Notes under the pieces: model-generated
What the model saw: the letters and a program-made list of their open reading frames with translations, nothing else
The model's database searches: none
Told to the model about the DNA's origin: nothing
NCBI GenBank assembly: GCA_964252035.1
Contig: OZ176200.1
Direction: 5' to 3' (one strand)
Origin: Podarcis erhardii
Lineage: Eukaryota
Length of the DNA: 64,000 bases
Program-made: the position numbers and the translations under genes
Part shown: in pieces, positions 63,361 through 64,000 of the stretch
How the letters are laid out: every line of letters starts with the position of its first letter
Numbering within the stretch: position 1 is the stretch's first letter

Positions 63361-64000
63361 GGAAGTCATAACTACAGAGTTCTAGACTCAGAGTTTCCTT
63401 GTTTTGAAAGTCACATCAGAAACTTCCCCTGGCCAATTCTGTTAACTAACCAAATGCATATTAAATAGATTTCCTTCCTGCTATTAATGCAAATGCCTGA
63501 GGCTATCTTATGTGGTGTCGAGAAGCAGCTTTAGGAATATTATCCAGCATAATTATTACCCTTGCTGACTCTTTATTTCCGCCTTATCTAAATTGATTCA
63601 CGAACTGTGCAGCTCAAGTCAATATATACAATTAGTTCTATGGCCTGATTAATACTTTTCATTGGGACTAAATATTGCTAAATGCAATTACTCTGACTTA
63701 AATCTTGCCTAACTCTTCATCTTCACTCAGGCATACTGTGTTCATGTGCATACTGCCATATATTAAAATGGGACCCACACACTGTGCCAAAGGCACCCCC
63801 CTTGTTGTCATTGTCTTGCACTGAGGATGGTGCTCAAGGGAATCAGTTTTGGTAGTTTGATATGAATGTAAGGCAGAGAAAGGGGGGAGTAATATAAAGT
63901 GTATCACCACATTAGTGATTTTATACCAGTTGCTGTTCTAATACACTAGATTATTGTGATATTACACTTAATATGGTTTTGTCCCTTTCTCAGTCACACA

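Larger units (their letters stand above)
46208..64000 (+). other. KCNJ3: KCNJ3 intron after coding exon 2, partial (runs past the window end)
   Basis: Starts GTGAGT. No ORF encoding the expected next exon (GMTCQARTSY...) appears in the ORF track; this intron is very long in mammals. Confidence 0.85.

Noticed and set aside
46208-64000. KCNJ3 terminal coding exon
   Set aside because: No GMTCQARTSY-containing ORF in the track; it is presumed to lie beyond the window.
1-64000. CRISPR arrays, rRNA genes or prokaryotic systems
   Set aside because: Vertebrate DNA; the direct repeats seen are TSDs, microsatellites or simple tandem duplications, not repeat-spacer arrays.

Overview
Vertebrate genomic DNA. 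The repeat content (Sauria SINE, Bov-B, CR1, L1, L2, hAT and Tc1/mariner MITEs, a Penelope-like element) points to a squamate reptile, probably a lacertid lizard. One host gene is present: KCNJ3 (GIRK1/Kir3.1, G-protein-gated inward rectifier K+ channel) on the + strand, with a CpG-island promoter (~37.6-38.8 kb), coding exon 1 (39135-39815), coding exon 2 (45991-46207) and the first ~17.8 kb of intron 2. The last coding exon is not in the window. The first ~37 kb is gene-free flank dense in transposon relics. The most notable accessory feature is a pair of Penelope-like insertions in intron 2. One is a perfect 86-bp-arm hairpin with a 12-bp target-site duplication (TSD) and a minimal hammerhead ribozyme motif on both strands; the other has lost most of one arm and carries ten AATAAA hexamers. 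Also seen: possible truncated KCNJ3 isoforms from intron read-through, a three-level nested transposon, an 84-bp mini-SINE and young L1/CR1 insertions. Repeat family names come from recognised motifs and translations, not from a database search.
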